DNA from: Candidatus Electronema halotolerans
Lineage (GTDB): Bacteria; Desulfobacterota; Desulfobulbia; Desulfobulbales; Desulfobulbaceae
Reading direction: 5' to 3'
NCBI GenBank assembly: GCA_942493095.1
Contig: OW818675.1
Location: 1,890,001-1,922,000, forward strand
DNA: 32,000 nucleotides
This document shows positions 15,960 to 24,156 of the stretch, one piece after another. Under the pieces are notes generated by a model. That model was not told the origin of the DNA, made no database searches, and saw only the letters and a list, made by a program, of their open reading frames with translations. The first letter of the stretch is position 1. The number at the start of each line of letters is the position of its first letter. The position numbers and the translations under genes were made by a program.

Positions 15960-16952
15960 TCAGATATCAATATAAAACCACGTTGGAATGACTCCAGCCT
16001 GCCAGCATGCCCGTGCGTAACGGGCTGCGTCCCTCATGGTGTCGATTGCTGTTCTCCACAAACTCTCTGGTGAAATAGGGCTGCCTGGATTCAAAGTCCA
16101 AAGCGGATTGAGCGATCCCATCATTGCCATGAATTTGCCTTGCAAGGCATCATTGGCCGGATACTTCGGATTGCGTTGGCCTGTGTACACATCAGGAAAA
16201 CCTGTCTGCTGGATATGGAGAAGACGGCCAAAATGGGAATATTGTTTTAACATCACCTCTTGGTAAGGTGCGCTATGCGCTCCAGCAGGCGCACGGTTGT
16301 CCATCTGATATTGCGATTCAACTGGAAAGTCTGAAGGTTTGTAGGGCTTCTGAATGGGTGAGGTCATACGACGGCCCTCGCCCTGCTCTTCAATGGCTGT
16401 AACAGCTTCTTTTGCGTCACCAATGTTGCAGATGATCTGCGGATATTCCTGCTGAATCCACCGCGCCTGCTGATTTCTGCTGGTCCAGCTAAACTGACTT
16501 GCCCCGACGCTTTGAATGCCGCAGATCAGAGCATGGTACATTTCACCGATGGAGCTGTAAGGAAAAGTCGGCGTGTTGTTGCCGTCTGGTGTTGGATCAT
16601 TTGGCCCCAATGTGTGCTCTGGGGTCTCAATAGCCAGCATTGTATTGAGTGTCTCAGCATTGAGCGGCCCCATTTTAGCATTGAGAACTGTTCCTGGCTT
16701 TAAGTACGGTATGTTTGTTCCATAAGCAGGAAACTGAAAGTTTGGAGTCGTATCAAGCGCAAGACAAAGGTTGGCTGCCAGTTGCAGGTGCATCATTTCC
16801 TCAATGAGGATTCCGTGCAAAATTTTGTACGCGTCACAATTCTCATCCTTGATGGAGGTCATTACGGTAGTGTAGAACGGAATAGTGTACAGTTCAATCG
16901 CCGCTGCCACCTGTGCATGTTTCTGAACCAGTTCCTTTGTCCAAGCTGTCAT
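15960..16952 (-). CDS. Ferritin-like domain protein (candidate diiron enzyme), 330 aa (cassette gene 1)
   Basis: AGGAGA lies 5 nt upstream of the ATG. AAIELYTIPFYTTVMTSI ... ILIEEMMHLQLAANLCLAL is the E...Y / EExxH helix pair typical of the uncharacterised 'Ferritin-like' family, the one also found in VioB-type proteins. No signal peptide. Confidence 0.65.
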   Translation of the reverse strand: MTAWTKELVQKHAQVAAAIELYTIPFYTTVMTSIKDENCDAYKILHGILIEEMMHLQLAANLCLALDTTPNFQFPAYGTNIPYLKPGTVLNAKMGPLNAETLNTMLAIETPEHTLGPNDPTPDGNNTPTFPYSSIGEMYHALICGIQSVGASQFSWTSRNQQARWIQQEYPQIICNIGDAKEAVTAIEEQGEGRRMTSPIQKPYKPSDFPVESQYQMDNRAPAGAHSAPYQEVMLKQYSHFGRLLHIQQTGFPDVYTGQRNPKYPANDALQGKFMAMMGSLNPLWTLNPGSPISPESLWRTAIDTMRDAARYARACWQAGVIPTWFYIDI

Positions 16953-16976
16953 CGCAATCTCCTTTTCTTACAGAAT

Positions 16977-16992
16977 GTATAAATATTTATAC
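16977..16992. promoter_or_regulatory. Perfect 16-bp AT-rich palindrome GTATAAATATTTATAC in the cassette promoter region
   Basis: It lies 25-40 nt upstream of the gene-1 ATG (16952) and overlaps the only -10-like hexamers on the minus strand (TATAAA, TATACA). The surrounding 16953-17148 region is AT-rich. I could not find a convincing -35. Confidence 0.45.
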
Positions 16993-17148
16993 TAACTTTG
17001 ACATCCCTCTGGAAAAATATGCCATAGTTAATTTGTAAGTGAAGAAGCATGAAAAGTCAAATTATTTTTTACCACGCTGTGGTTTTTCTTGCAACTTTTC
17101 GGGATGATAAGAAAACTATTTTCAGACCGAACGTCAGCCAGTTCTGAA

Positions 17149-17188
17149 ACAAAAAAAGCGGTGCTTCCCGTATTAGGAAAACACCGCT
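17149..17188 (-). terminator. Rho-independent terminator of the AMIN-domain gene
   Basis: On the minus strand: AGCGGTG(TT)TTCC-TAATACG-GGAAGCACCGCT followed by TTTTTTTGTTT (A-run 17151-17157 on the plus strand). Confidence 0.65.
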
Positions 17189-17235
17189 TTCTCAAGCACT
17201 TGGTTCGGCTCGGTTATTTTTTGTCCGCCTTGTAA

Positions 17236-17295
17236 GCAAACAAGCTGGAGGTGGAAATTCTTTGTCCGGCTCCGCTCTCCCTGATCAGAAACCGG
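17236..17295 (+). pseudogene. 60-bp fragment homologous to the 3' part of priA (11309-11374)
   Basis: GCAAACAAGCTGGAGGTGGAAATTCTTTGTCCGGCTCCGCTCTCCCTGATCAGAAACCGG aligns with priA GCGAACAAGCTGGAAGTGGAAATTCTCGGCCCGGCCCCGGCTCCGCTTTCCCTGATCAGAAATCGG. The identical runs are 11, 11, 11 and 14 nt, with one 6-nt gap. The fragment translates in frame as NKLEVEILCPAPLSLIRNR, against PriA NKLEVEILGPAPAPLSLIRNR. Confidence 0.75.
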
Positions 17296-17313
17296 CAGAA
17301 TCTGTTCAACTAC

Positions 17314-18258
17314 TCAGTTCAAGTGCTTGGCAGCACTGCCCAGCGTGTTGATGATCAGGACAAAAAGATTATCATTTTTGAAAAAAACCTGCTGAAGATC
17401 ATAGCTTTTATTCGGCATTAAATCGAGCACCACCCGAATTTTCTGTTCCGCCGGATTGTTGTTGATGCGGATGCTGCGGACAAATTTGCCGTCTGCCGGA
17501 ACTGTCTCAGCCAGCCGCTCGCCAGCAACAGTGTCCTGAAAATCGCAGACCACTCTTGGCTTGTTCTCCTCCAAGCCAAAGACCACCGGCGGATGAAATT
17601 TGTTCAGCCTGAACATGACCATTTCCCCCCGGTTGGAATTTTTGTCAAACAGCACCGTGGTAAGCACTGTGGAGCTGCCATTGAATGAGGTGGCGGGCCT
17701 GCTGCTCTGCACTGTCTTCTCCTGCGGCGGCGCAGAGACGGCAGGAGGAGGCACTGTTTTCACTGCTGGCTGCCTGACAGGCGGCTGAACCTGCTTTTTT
17801 GGCGGCTTGCTGCTGCTGACCACAGGCGGAGCAGGCCGGGGCAATGGTTTGATGCCTGCATCATGGACAATGACGGTCAGGAGATGATGCTCCTGGTCAG
17901 GCTCCTGAATGGTCTGCACATGTCGGCCTTCCACCAAATCAAGCACCACCCGCGTCTTGCTTTCGTGAAGTCCCACCCGGACCCGTTCAACCAGCTTGCC
18001 GTTGATATCAACACTGTTTCTGATTCGTTTGCTGACCCCGGTGTCGCTGAAATCAAAAACCAAACGGGGCTTGCCCTCTCTGATCGGGAAAAATTTCGGC
18101 ATCTCAGAACCGGTCAGACGAAAAATGATCCGCTCTTCGTTCGGGGAGATGCTCTCAAAACGGATATCTTGCAAAAGCTGGGCTGCTGCAGCTGCGGGCA
18201 GGCTGTGCAAAAAAGTGAACAGGAGCGCGAGTGCTGCCGCTGAAATAATTCTCAACAT
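17314..18258 (-). CDS. Secreted protein with two AMIN domains joined by a Pro-rich linker, 314 aa
   Basis: The signal peptide is MLRIISAAALALLFTFLHSLPAAAA. There are two copies of the AMIN-like pattern: RIIFRLTG...PRLVFDF...VERVRVGLHESKTRVVLDL, and EMVMFRLNK...PRVVCDF...VRSIRINNNPAEQKIRVVLDL. The linker is PLPRPAPPVVSSSKPPKKQVQPPVRQPAVKTVPPPAVSAPP. Confidence 0.75.
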   Translation of the reverse strand: MLRIISAAALALLFTFLHSLPAAAAAQLLQDIRFESISPNEERIIFRLTGSEMPKFFPIREGKPRLVFDFSDTGVSKRIRNSVDINGKLVERVRVGLHESKTRVVLDLVEGRHVQTIQEPDQEHHLLTVIVHDAGIKPLPRPAPPVVSSSKPPKKQVQPPVRQPAVKTVPPPAVSAPPQEKTVQSSRPATSFNGSSTVLTTVLFDKNSNRGEMVMFRLNKFHPPVVFGLEENKPRVVCDFQDTVAGERLAETVPADGKFVRSIRINNNPAEQKIRVVLDLMPNKSYDLQQVFFKNDNLFVLIINTLGSAAKHLN

Positions 18259-18300
18259 TGATCCTCTGTTGTCGCCGCTGAAGGAAACAGGAAATACTTT

Positions 18301-18329
18301 TTGACATTGGCATCTTCTTTGAATATAAC
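18301..18329 (+). promoter_or_regulatory. Strong sigma70-type promoter TTGACA-17-TATAAC facing the glycan cluster
   Basis: TTGACA at 18301-18306, a 17-nt spacer, then TATAAC at 18324-18329. It would produce a leader of about 480 nt before fcl (18812). The same stretch also reads TGGCAT-N5-TTGA (18308-18322), a sigma54-like motif with a defective -12 element. Confidence 0.45.
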
Positions 18330-18811
18330 CGCCCGCGTTCCAGTGTCAACTGATTTCGGCCCTGAACCGCCGCCCAGCTTGCAGAACTTGGCGCGGCAGC
18401 CGGTTTCAACGCAGAAATCCTGCTCCATCCGCACCGGGTTCTTTTGCCGCAGAGCAAACGCGACTGCCGAGCTTGTCCTTCTGGACAAATACAGCTGAGG
18501 CAGTAAAATGCAACCCAAGTTGTGACCTGTAAAAACATCTGAATTTTCCCCCTGCATGTGTTATGTTTTGCTGTCTGAAAAACACACAACCGCATGCAGG
18601 AAACAATAATTGGTCTCGAAATTACAACAAGTTACTGTCAGCGTGCTGACTTTCTGGCTGCCGTCGGCCATCGGGATGATCCTCAGTGCCAAATGAATAC
18701 GGCGGCGGCTTCCTTCAACGGGAAGGATGAGAGAAGCCACAGTTTTCTTAAAGAATATCGACATCTTCCTGTCTGCCGGAATATCCGCATGAAAGAACTG
18801 CCGCATTTATT

Positions 18812-19759
18812 ATGACATCCTTACTTGCCTCTTCCATCTACATAGCTGGACATCGCGGCTTGGTCGGCAGCGCAATCTGCCGTGCGCTGGCGCAGGCTGG
18901 CTGCGCCAATCTGCTGACCCGAACCCACGCTGAACTGGATTTGACCGATCAGGCGGCGGTGCGCCGCTTTTTTGCTGAAGAACAGCCGGAATACGTCTTT
19001 CTTGCTGCGGCTAAAGTCGGCGGCATTCATGCCAACAACAGCAGTCCGGCGGATTTCATCCGTGACAACCTGCTGATTCAGACCAATATCATTGACGCGG
19101 CTTGGCGGCACGGCACGAAAAAGCTGCTTTTTCTTGGCTCATCCTGCATTTATCCCAAGCTCGCGCCTCAGCCGATGCAGGAGGAGCATCTCCTCACCGG
19201 CCCGCTGGAGCCGACCAACGAATGGTACGCTGTCGCCAAAATCGCAGGCATCAAGACCTGTCAAGCCTATCGCCAGCAATACGGTTTTGACGCGATCAGC
19301 CTGATGCCGACCAATCTCTACGGGCCGGGTGACAACTTTGACCTGCAAAGCTCGCATGTCCTGCCCGCCTTGATCAGAAAATTTCACGAAGCCAAGATCA
19401 ACGGTCTGCCGGAAGTGGAAATCTGGGGCACTGGTACCCCGAAGCGGGAATTTCTCCACGTTGATGACCTTGCTTCGGCCAGCCTTTTTCTGATGGAGCG
19501 GTACAGCGAGGCGGAAATCATCAACATTGGTTCCGGGCAGGAGGTCACAATTGCTGATTTAGCCGCTTTGGTCAGCCGAACAGTTGGCTTTCCGGGCGCA
19601 GTCCGCTATAATCCAGCCATGCCTGACGGCACGCCGCGCAAGCTGCTGGACGTGTCCAAACTTACGACCTTGGGCTGGCAGAGCCGAATCACTCTTGAAG
19701 AAGGCATTGCTTCAACGTATGCTTGGTTTCTTGAACACGGGCAGCAGGCCCGCCTATAA
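18812..19759 (+). CDS. fcl: GDP-L-fucose synthase (GDP-4-keto-6-deoxy-D-mannose 3,5-epimerase/4-reductase)
   Basis: [14 protein letters not shown] (Rossmann motif), [28 protein letters not shown] (YxxxK), [11 protein letters not shown] and [10 protein letters not shown] are all typical of Fcl/WcaG. Length is 315 aa. Confidence 0.9.
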   Translation: MTSLLASSIYIAGHRGLVGSAICRALAQAGCANLLTRTHAELDLTDQAAVRRFFAEEQPEYVFLAAAKVGGIHANNSSPADFIRDNLLIQTNIIDAAWRHGTKKLLFLGSSCIYPKLAPQPMQEEHLLTGPLEPTNEWYAVAKIAGIKTCQAYRQQYGFDAISLMPTNLYGPGDNFDLQSSHVLPALIRKFHEAKINGLPEVEIWGTGTPKREFLHVDDLASASLFLMERYSEAEIINIGSGQEVTIADLAALVSRTVGFPGAVRYNPAMPDGTPRKLLDVSKLTTLGWQSRITLEEGIASTYAWFLEHGQQARL

Positions 19760-20566
19760 ATGAATCTGACTGCTTTTGCCGCCTTTCTCCGCCTGCTCTA
19801 CAATCGGCGCAGGCTGATCACAGCTATGGCGGCGCGGGAGTTGCGTTCCCAGTATGTGGCCTCGTCGCTCGGCCTGCTCTGGACGCTGATTCATCCGATT
19901 GTGATGATCACGGTCTTCTGGTTTGTCTTCAGCGTCGGCTTCAAGGCCAGACCGCTCAATGACGTGCCGTTCGTGGTCTGGCTTACAGCGGGCATGGCTC
20001 CGTGGTATATTTTTTCCGAGATAGTCAGCGGCTCGACCGGCATTGTCATCGCCCATGCCCACTTGGTCAAGAAAACTCTTTTTTCCTCGCAAATACTGCC
20101 TCTTGTCAAAATCGCCTCAGCCTTGGTCACGCACGGAATTTTCCTGCTGGTCCTGCTGACCTTGCTCCTCTTTCAGCAGATGCCAGTCAGTCTGTATTAT
20201 GTGCAGGCCCTGTATTATCTTTTCTGCCTGCTCATGCTTTCGCTCGGCATTGCCTGGGGCTTGGCCGCGCTCAATGTGTTCATGCGCGATGTGGCCCAGC
20301 TCGTGGCCGTGCTCCTCCAGATCGGCTTCTGGGTCACGCCGATTTTCTGGGACATCAGCATGATGAGTCCAAAAATTCAGCATCTGCTCAAGCTCAATCC
20401 GATCTATTATGTGGTGCAGGGCTACCGGGATTCCTTTATCACTTTTCAGCCGGTCTGGTCGCATCTTGCCTACACAGCCTACTACTGGGTTGTCACTGCC
20501 GCTGTGCTGGCCAGCGGCGCATACATTTTTCGGAAGCTGCGACCCCAGTTTCCTGACGTGCTGTAA
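19760..20566 (+). CDS. wzm: ABC-2 type polysaccharide export permease (Wzm-like)
   Basis: The ATG directly follows the fcl stop codon. RELRSQYVASSLGLLWTLIHP is the usual ABC-2 N-terminal motif, followed by about 6 hydrophobic segments. Length is 268 aa. Confidence 0.85.
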   Translation: MNLTAFAAFLRLLYNRRRLITAMAARELRSQYVASSLGLLWTLIHPIVMITVFWFVFSVGFKARPLNDVPFVVWLTAGMAPWYIFSEIVSGSTGIVIAHAHLVKKTLFSSQILPLVKIASALVTHGIFLLVLLTLLLFQQMPVSLYYVQALYYLFCLLMLSLGIAWGLAALNVFMRDVAQLVAVLLQIGFWVTPIFWDISMMSPKIQHLLKLNPIYYVVQGYRDSFITFQPVWSHLAYTAYYWVVTAAVLASGAYIFRKLRPQFPDVL

Positions 20567-20568
20567 TC

Positions 20569-21879
20569 ATGTCTGAGCCGGTCATTTCTGTCCGCAACGC
20601 AAGCAAAGTTTATGCGCTCTACCGCAAGCCGATTCACCGGCTGCTGGAGATTTTTCATCCTCGCGGGAGAAAATATCACACACCCTTCCGGGCCTTGGAC
20701 AATATCAGCTTTGAGCTGGGCCGGGGCCAAGCCTTGGGCATTATTGGCCGCAACGGCAGCGGCAAGTCCTCCCTGCTCCAGCTCATCACCGGCATTCAGC
20801 AGCCGAGCAGCGGCACGGTGCAGGTCAAGGGCCGCATTTCCGCCCTGCTGGAGCTGGGCGCAGGCTTCAACCCGGAGTTCACAGGCCGGGAAAATGTCTA
20901 TCTCAACACCGCCATTCAGGGCTTTTCTGAAGAGGACACAGATGCCCGTTTTCAGCGCATCGCGGAATTTGCCGACATCGGCGAGTTCATCGACCGGCCT
21001 GTTAAGACCTATTCCAGCGGCATGTACATCCGCTTGGCCTTTGCCGCCGCAATCAGTGTCCAGCCAGAAATCCTGATTATCGATGAAGCCCTGTCTGTAG
21101 GCGATATTTTCTTTCAGCAGAAGTGCATGACTCAGATGCAGAAGATGATGGCAGGCTGCACCATTGTCTTGGTCAGTCATGACACGCATTCGATAGTCAA
21201 TCTCTGCGACCGAGTCCTCCTGCTGGAGAATGGGCGGGTCATGTTTGACGGCGATCCGGTGGATGGCGTGGCTGAATACACCAAAATTCTCCATGACGAG
21301 CATTTCAGCGGCGGGAAGAAGAAAGAACGGCTGAAGACTGCATCATTGCCCTCGCCGCCGGTCAGCACGCCGGGCCTGCTGGAAGATTTCTCCCAGTGGA
21401 TCAAGGTGCCGCACGAGAAACGCTCCGGGGTGGAGGAGGCGGCAATTGAGTATCTAAGCGTGATCAGCAACGGCAAGCCGGTTAATGTAGTGCAGAAGGG
21501 CGATTTGATCACCATTCGTCTGCTGGTTCATGCTGCGACTACTTTAGACGAGCTGATTTTCGGCTACACCGTCAAAGACCGGATCGGCAATGCAGTTTTT
21601 GGTGAAAACAGTCTTTGTCTGAATATGCCAGCTCCGCGTTTGCAGGCCGGACGCAGCATTGTTGAGTATTCCTTCCGCTGGCCAGAGGTTTATCCTTACA
21701 AATACACGATCACGGTCGGCATTGGCCAGGGCGAGGCCGCGCTGGGCCATGTGGTCCAGTGCTGGGCGCATGACATTGTTTCCCTGACCGCCGTGACTCC
21801 AAACCGCTCCATTCATGGAATGTTCAATAATGATTTGGAGTCGTTGACGGTGCGGGCAGTGGAATCTGCTGAAGAATAA
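20569..21879 (+). CDS. wzt: Polysaccharide ABC transporter ATP-binding protein with C-terminal Wzt-type glycan-binding domain
   Basis: Contains Walker A (GRNGSGKSSLL), the signature YSSGMYIRLAF, Walker B (ILIIDEALSVGD) and an H-loop (VSHD). An extra C-terminal region of about 170 aa (IEYLSVISNGKPVNVVQKGDLITIRL...YTITVGIGQG) resembles the Wzt C-terminal beta-sandwich. Confidence 0.85.
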   Translation: MSEPVISVRNASKVYALYRKPIHRLLEIFHPRGRKYHTPFRALDNISFELGRGQALGIIGRNGSGKSSLLQLITGIQQPSSGTVQVKGRISALLELGAGFNPEFTGRENVYLNTAIQGFSEEDTDARFQRIAEFADIGEFIDRPVKTYSSGMYIRLAFAAAISVQPEILIIDEALSVGDIFFQQKCMTQMQKMMAGCTIVLVSHDTHSIVNLCDRVLLLENGRVMFDGDPVDGVAEYTKILHDEHFSGGKKKERLKTASLPSPPVSTPGLLEDFSQWIKVPHEKRSGVEEAAIEYLSVISNGKPVNVVQKGDLITIRLLVHAATTLDELIFGYTVKDRIGNAVFGENSLCLNMPAPRLQAGRSIVEYSFRWPEVYPYKYTITVGIGQGEAALGHVVQCWAHDIVSLTAVTPNRSIHGMFNNDLESLTVRAVESAEE

Positions 21880-21896
21880 CGAAAATTTTATTGCAA

Positions 21897-23000
21897 ATGA
21901 TCTACCCAAAAGACATAGTTGAATTTGTCAGCAATGACCCTGCGCTGAAGGAACGATTCAGCCACGTTGCCGCCATTGCCTCGGTCAACACAAGCACCAC
22001 GCCAGTTCCTCAGCAGGACTTCGCCTTTGAAGAGTATATGCTGAGAGAAGGCTTTGAAAAAAGCCGGGCAATTAGGAAATATTTGCATTTCATCGCTTCA
22101 ACCTACAGCATCTTCAACGATATATTTCACTATTTCCCCAAGAGAAATCTCAACAGCACCCACAAGGATGATGTCAGTGCTATTGGCACTGCGCCGGGAG
22201 AGCTGATCTATCACGCCATTTATCTGTATTGCTTGGATAGCTGGGGCGTGCCGGGCGATGTGATGGAATGCGGCACCTACAAGGGCTTTTCCGCCTGCTG
22301 CCTGAGCTGGGTCTGCAATTACCTTGGCCGACGGCTGATTGTCGCTGATTCCTTTGCTGGGCTGCCAGAGAACAGCACAGACCCTTATTACAAAAAAGGC
22401 GATTTTTGCGGCCAAATCGACGAAGTGCGGGCTAATCTGGAGGACTTTGGCAGGATTGCGCAGGTGGATTTCATCCAAGGCTTTTACGAGACCTCCCTGC
22501 GCGGCTTTGACCGCCCGCTCTGCCTGCTCTGGATGGACGTGGATTTGTACGAATCGGCAATGGATATTCTCAACAATGTCTTTCCTTTTCTCTCGTCCGG
22601 CGGAGTGATGATTTCGCATGAATTGTTTGCCGAGCGGGATTTTGACAACGGCCTGCTCAAGCCCACCATCGGCCCGTCCAAAGCTCTGAATGCCTTTTTC
22701 AGCGAACGCGGCCTCAGCTATCAGGCCATGCCGCTGGAAAACGGCTCCGGCTTGGTAGTGCCCTGCCAGCCGGGCGAAAAGTTGCTGCTTTCTTGCGCGC
22801 ATGTTCAGTTCCTCCGCGACCGCTGCCGCAATTCTGACACCGTGCTGGCCCGGCAGCAGGCGCAGGCCGAGCATGACATCCGCCATTGGCAGCACGAAGT
22901 GGATAAGCTGATGCAGATTTACCGCGCCACTGCTGATTTCAAGCTCAAGCAGGCGGTCAAAGGCATTCTTGCCGCCCTCGGCCTGTACAAGAAAAGCTGA
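21897..23000 (+). CDS. TylF/MycF-like O-methyltransferase with C-terminal coiled-coil tail
   Basis: The ORF opens at TTG 21891 and the first ATG is at 21897. GDVMECGTYKGFSACCLS...LIVADSFAGLPE...LWMDVDLYES...GGVMISHE matches the TylF-family pattern. The tail ARQQAQAEHDIRHWQHEVDKLMQIY looks like a coiled coil. Confidence 0.75.
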   Translation: MIYPKDIVEFVSNDPALKERFSHVAAIASVNTSTTPVPQQDFAFEEYMLREGFEKSRAIRKYLHFIASTYSIFNDIFHYFPKRNLNSTHKDDVSAIGTAPGELIYHAIYLYCLDSWGVPGDVMECGTYKGFSACCLSWVCNYLGRRLIVADSFAGLPENSTDPYYKKGDFCGQIDEVRANLEDFGRIAQVDFIQGFYETSLRGFDRPLCLLWMDVDLYESAMDILNNVFPFLSSGGVMISHELFAERDFDNGLLKPTIGPSKALNAFFSERGLSYQAMPLENGSGLVVPCQPGEKLLLSCAHVQFLRDRCRNSDTVLARQQAQAEHDIRHWQHEVDKLMQIYRATADFKLKQAVKGILAALGLYKKS

Positions 23001-24145
23001 TGTACGAACAATATCTTGTCACAGACAGCGGCAAGCTGCGGCAGATCGAGGATGCCCTTCTAAGCAGCTATTTCAAGAATTACGATCAGGATTTTCTCCA
23101 GACTGAAACCGGCAAGGAGGACATCAAGGCCAATGTTTATCGGCGATATGACAGGGCCTTGCTGCATGCCGTGCCTTGGGTGGCCCGGCAGATTGACCTG
23201 CGCGGCAAGACTGTGGTCGAAATCGGCAGCGGCACTGGTTCCAGCACGGCGGCCTTTGCCCATTTTGTTGAAAAAATAGACGGCTATGACATTGACGCGC
23301 AGGCTTTGGCCGGGGCGCGGGCGCGGCTGGAGGTGATGGGATTGCGCAACGTTGTCCTGCATCACGTTGTGCCGGAAAATTTAGTCAGCACCCTGCGGGA
23401 CAATCATGCCGACGGCGTGGACATTGTCCTCCTTTTTGCCGTGCTGGAACATCAGACCATCCGTGAGCGGCAGGAAACTCTGAAGCTCTGCTGGGAAATG
23501 CTTAAGCCGGACGGTCTGCTGGTGGTCACGGAAACGCCCAATCTGCTGCAATACTCGGACTTGCACACATCCCTGCTGCCCTTTCTCCATCTGCTGCCGA
23601 CCGAACTCTATGCCCGTTATGCAGACCGTTCACCCAGAGAAGGCTTTGGCGGCTGCTTTGCCAACGCTGATTCCATGTCCTTGCGGGACTTGGACACCTC
23701 GATCATGCGCTGGGGTCGGGGCGTAAGCTATCATGATTTTGAACTGGCTCTGGGCAAGGATCATGGCAAACACCTTGTTGCGCATGGTTTTGAGGAAGAA
23801 ATTTTGAGCTGGGTGGAAGTGCATTTTGAAGAGGAACTGCTGCGCCATTATTTTTTGGTCAAAAAGCTCGATGTGCCGCTGGCTTTCTCCCGGATCGTGC
23901 TCAATTTGATTTACAAAAAAAGCGAAGCTCCTGCGCCGGAACTTGCGCCGCCGCCGGAGAACATTTTTATTGCGGAAAAACAGCTGCTCCGTGAGAAGGA
24001 ATTTGTCATCAGTAGTTTAAACAAACGGCTGGCCGCTGCGGAGCAGCAGCTCAATGAAGTGCTGTCTTCTAAACGTTGGCTTTTGGGCACTCTTCTTGCC
24101 GCACCGTATCGAAAACTGAAGGAGCTGCTCGCCAGCCAGAAATAG
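23000..24145 (+). CDS. Class I SAM-dependent methyltransferase with C-terminal coiled-coil tail
   Basis: The start overlaps the previous stop (TGATG). Motif I is VVEIGSGTGSSTAAFA, with DIVLLFAVLEH and LKPDGLLVV downstream. The tail AEKQLLREKEFVISSLNKRLAAAEQQLNEVLSSKRW looks like a coiled coil. Confidence 0.8.
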   Translation: MYEQYLVTDSGKLRQIEDALLSSYFKNYDQDFLQTETGKEDIKANVYRRYDRALLHAVPWVARQIDLRGKTVVEIGSGTGSSTAAFAHFVEKIDGYDIDAQALAGARARLEVMGLRNVVLHHVVPENLVSTLRDNHADGVDIVLLFAVLEHQTIRERQETLKLCWEMLKPDGLLVVTETPNLLQYSDLHTSLLPFLHLLPTELYARYADRSPREGFGGCFANADSMSLRDLDTSIMRWGRGVSYHDFELALGKDHGKHLVAHGFEEEILSWVEVHFEEELLRHYFLVKKLDVPLAFSRIVLNLIYKKSEAPAPELAPPPENIFIAEKQLLREKEFVISSLNKRLAAAEQQLNEVLSSKRWLLGTLLAAPYRKLKELLASQK

Positions 24146-24156
24146 CAAGACTGAGA

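Noticed and set aside
16998-17188. Possible plus-strand small RNA from TTGACA (16998-17003) to the 17157-17188 hairpin
   Set aside because: There is no acceptable -10 at 16-18 nt spacing; the best is CATAGT at 19 nt. The T-run of the hairpin is on the minus strand, so the hairpin fits better as the AMIN-gene terminator.
18308-18322. Sigma54-like TGGCAT-N5-TTGA motif
   Set aside because: The spacing is right, but the -12 element reads GA instead of the conserved GC. The same bases fit a near-consensus sigma70 promoter better, and no enhancer-binding protein gene lies nearby.
20482-21303. 273-aa minus-strand ORF, with 22098..22895 (265 aa) and 24544..25140 (198 aa)
   Set aside because: These lie antisense to wzt, the TylF-like methyltransferase and the GT2 gene respectively, and all of those carry clear catalytic motifs.
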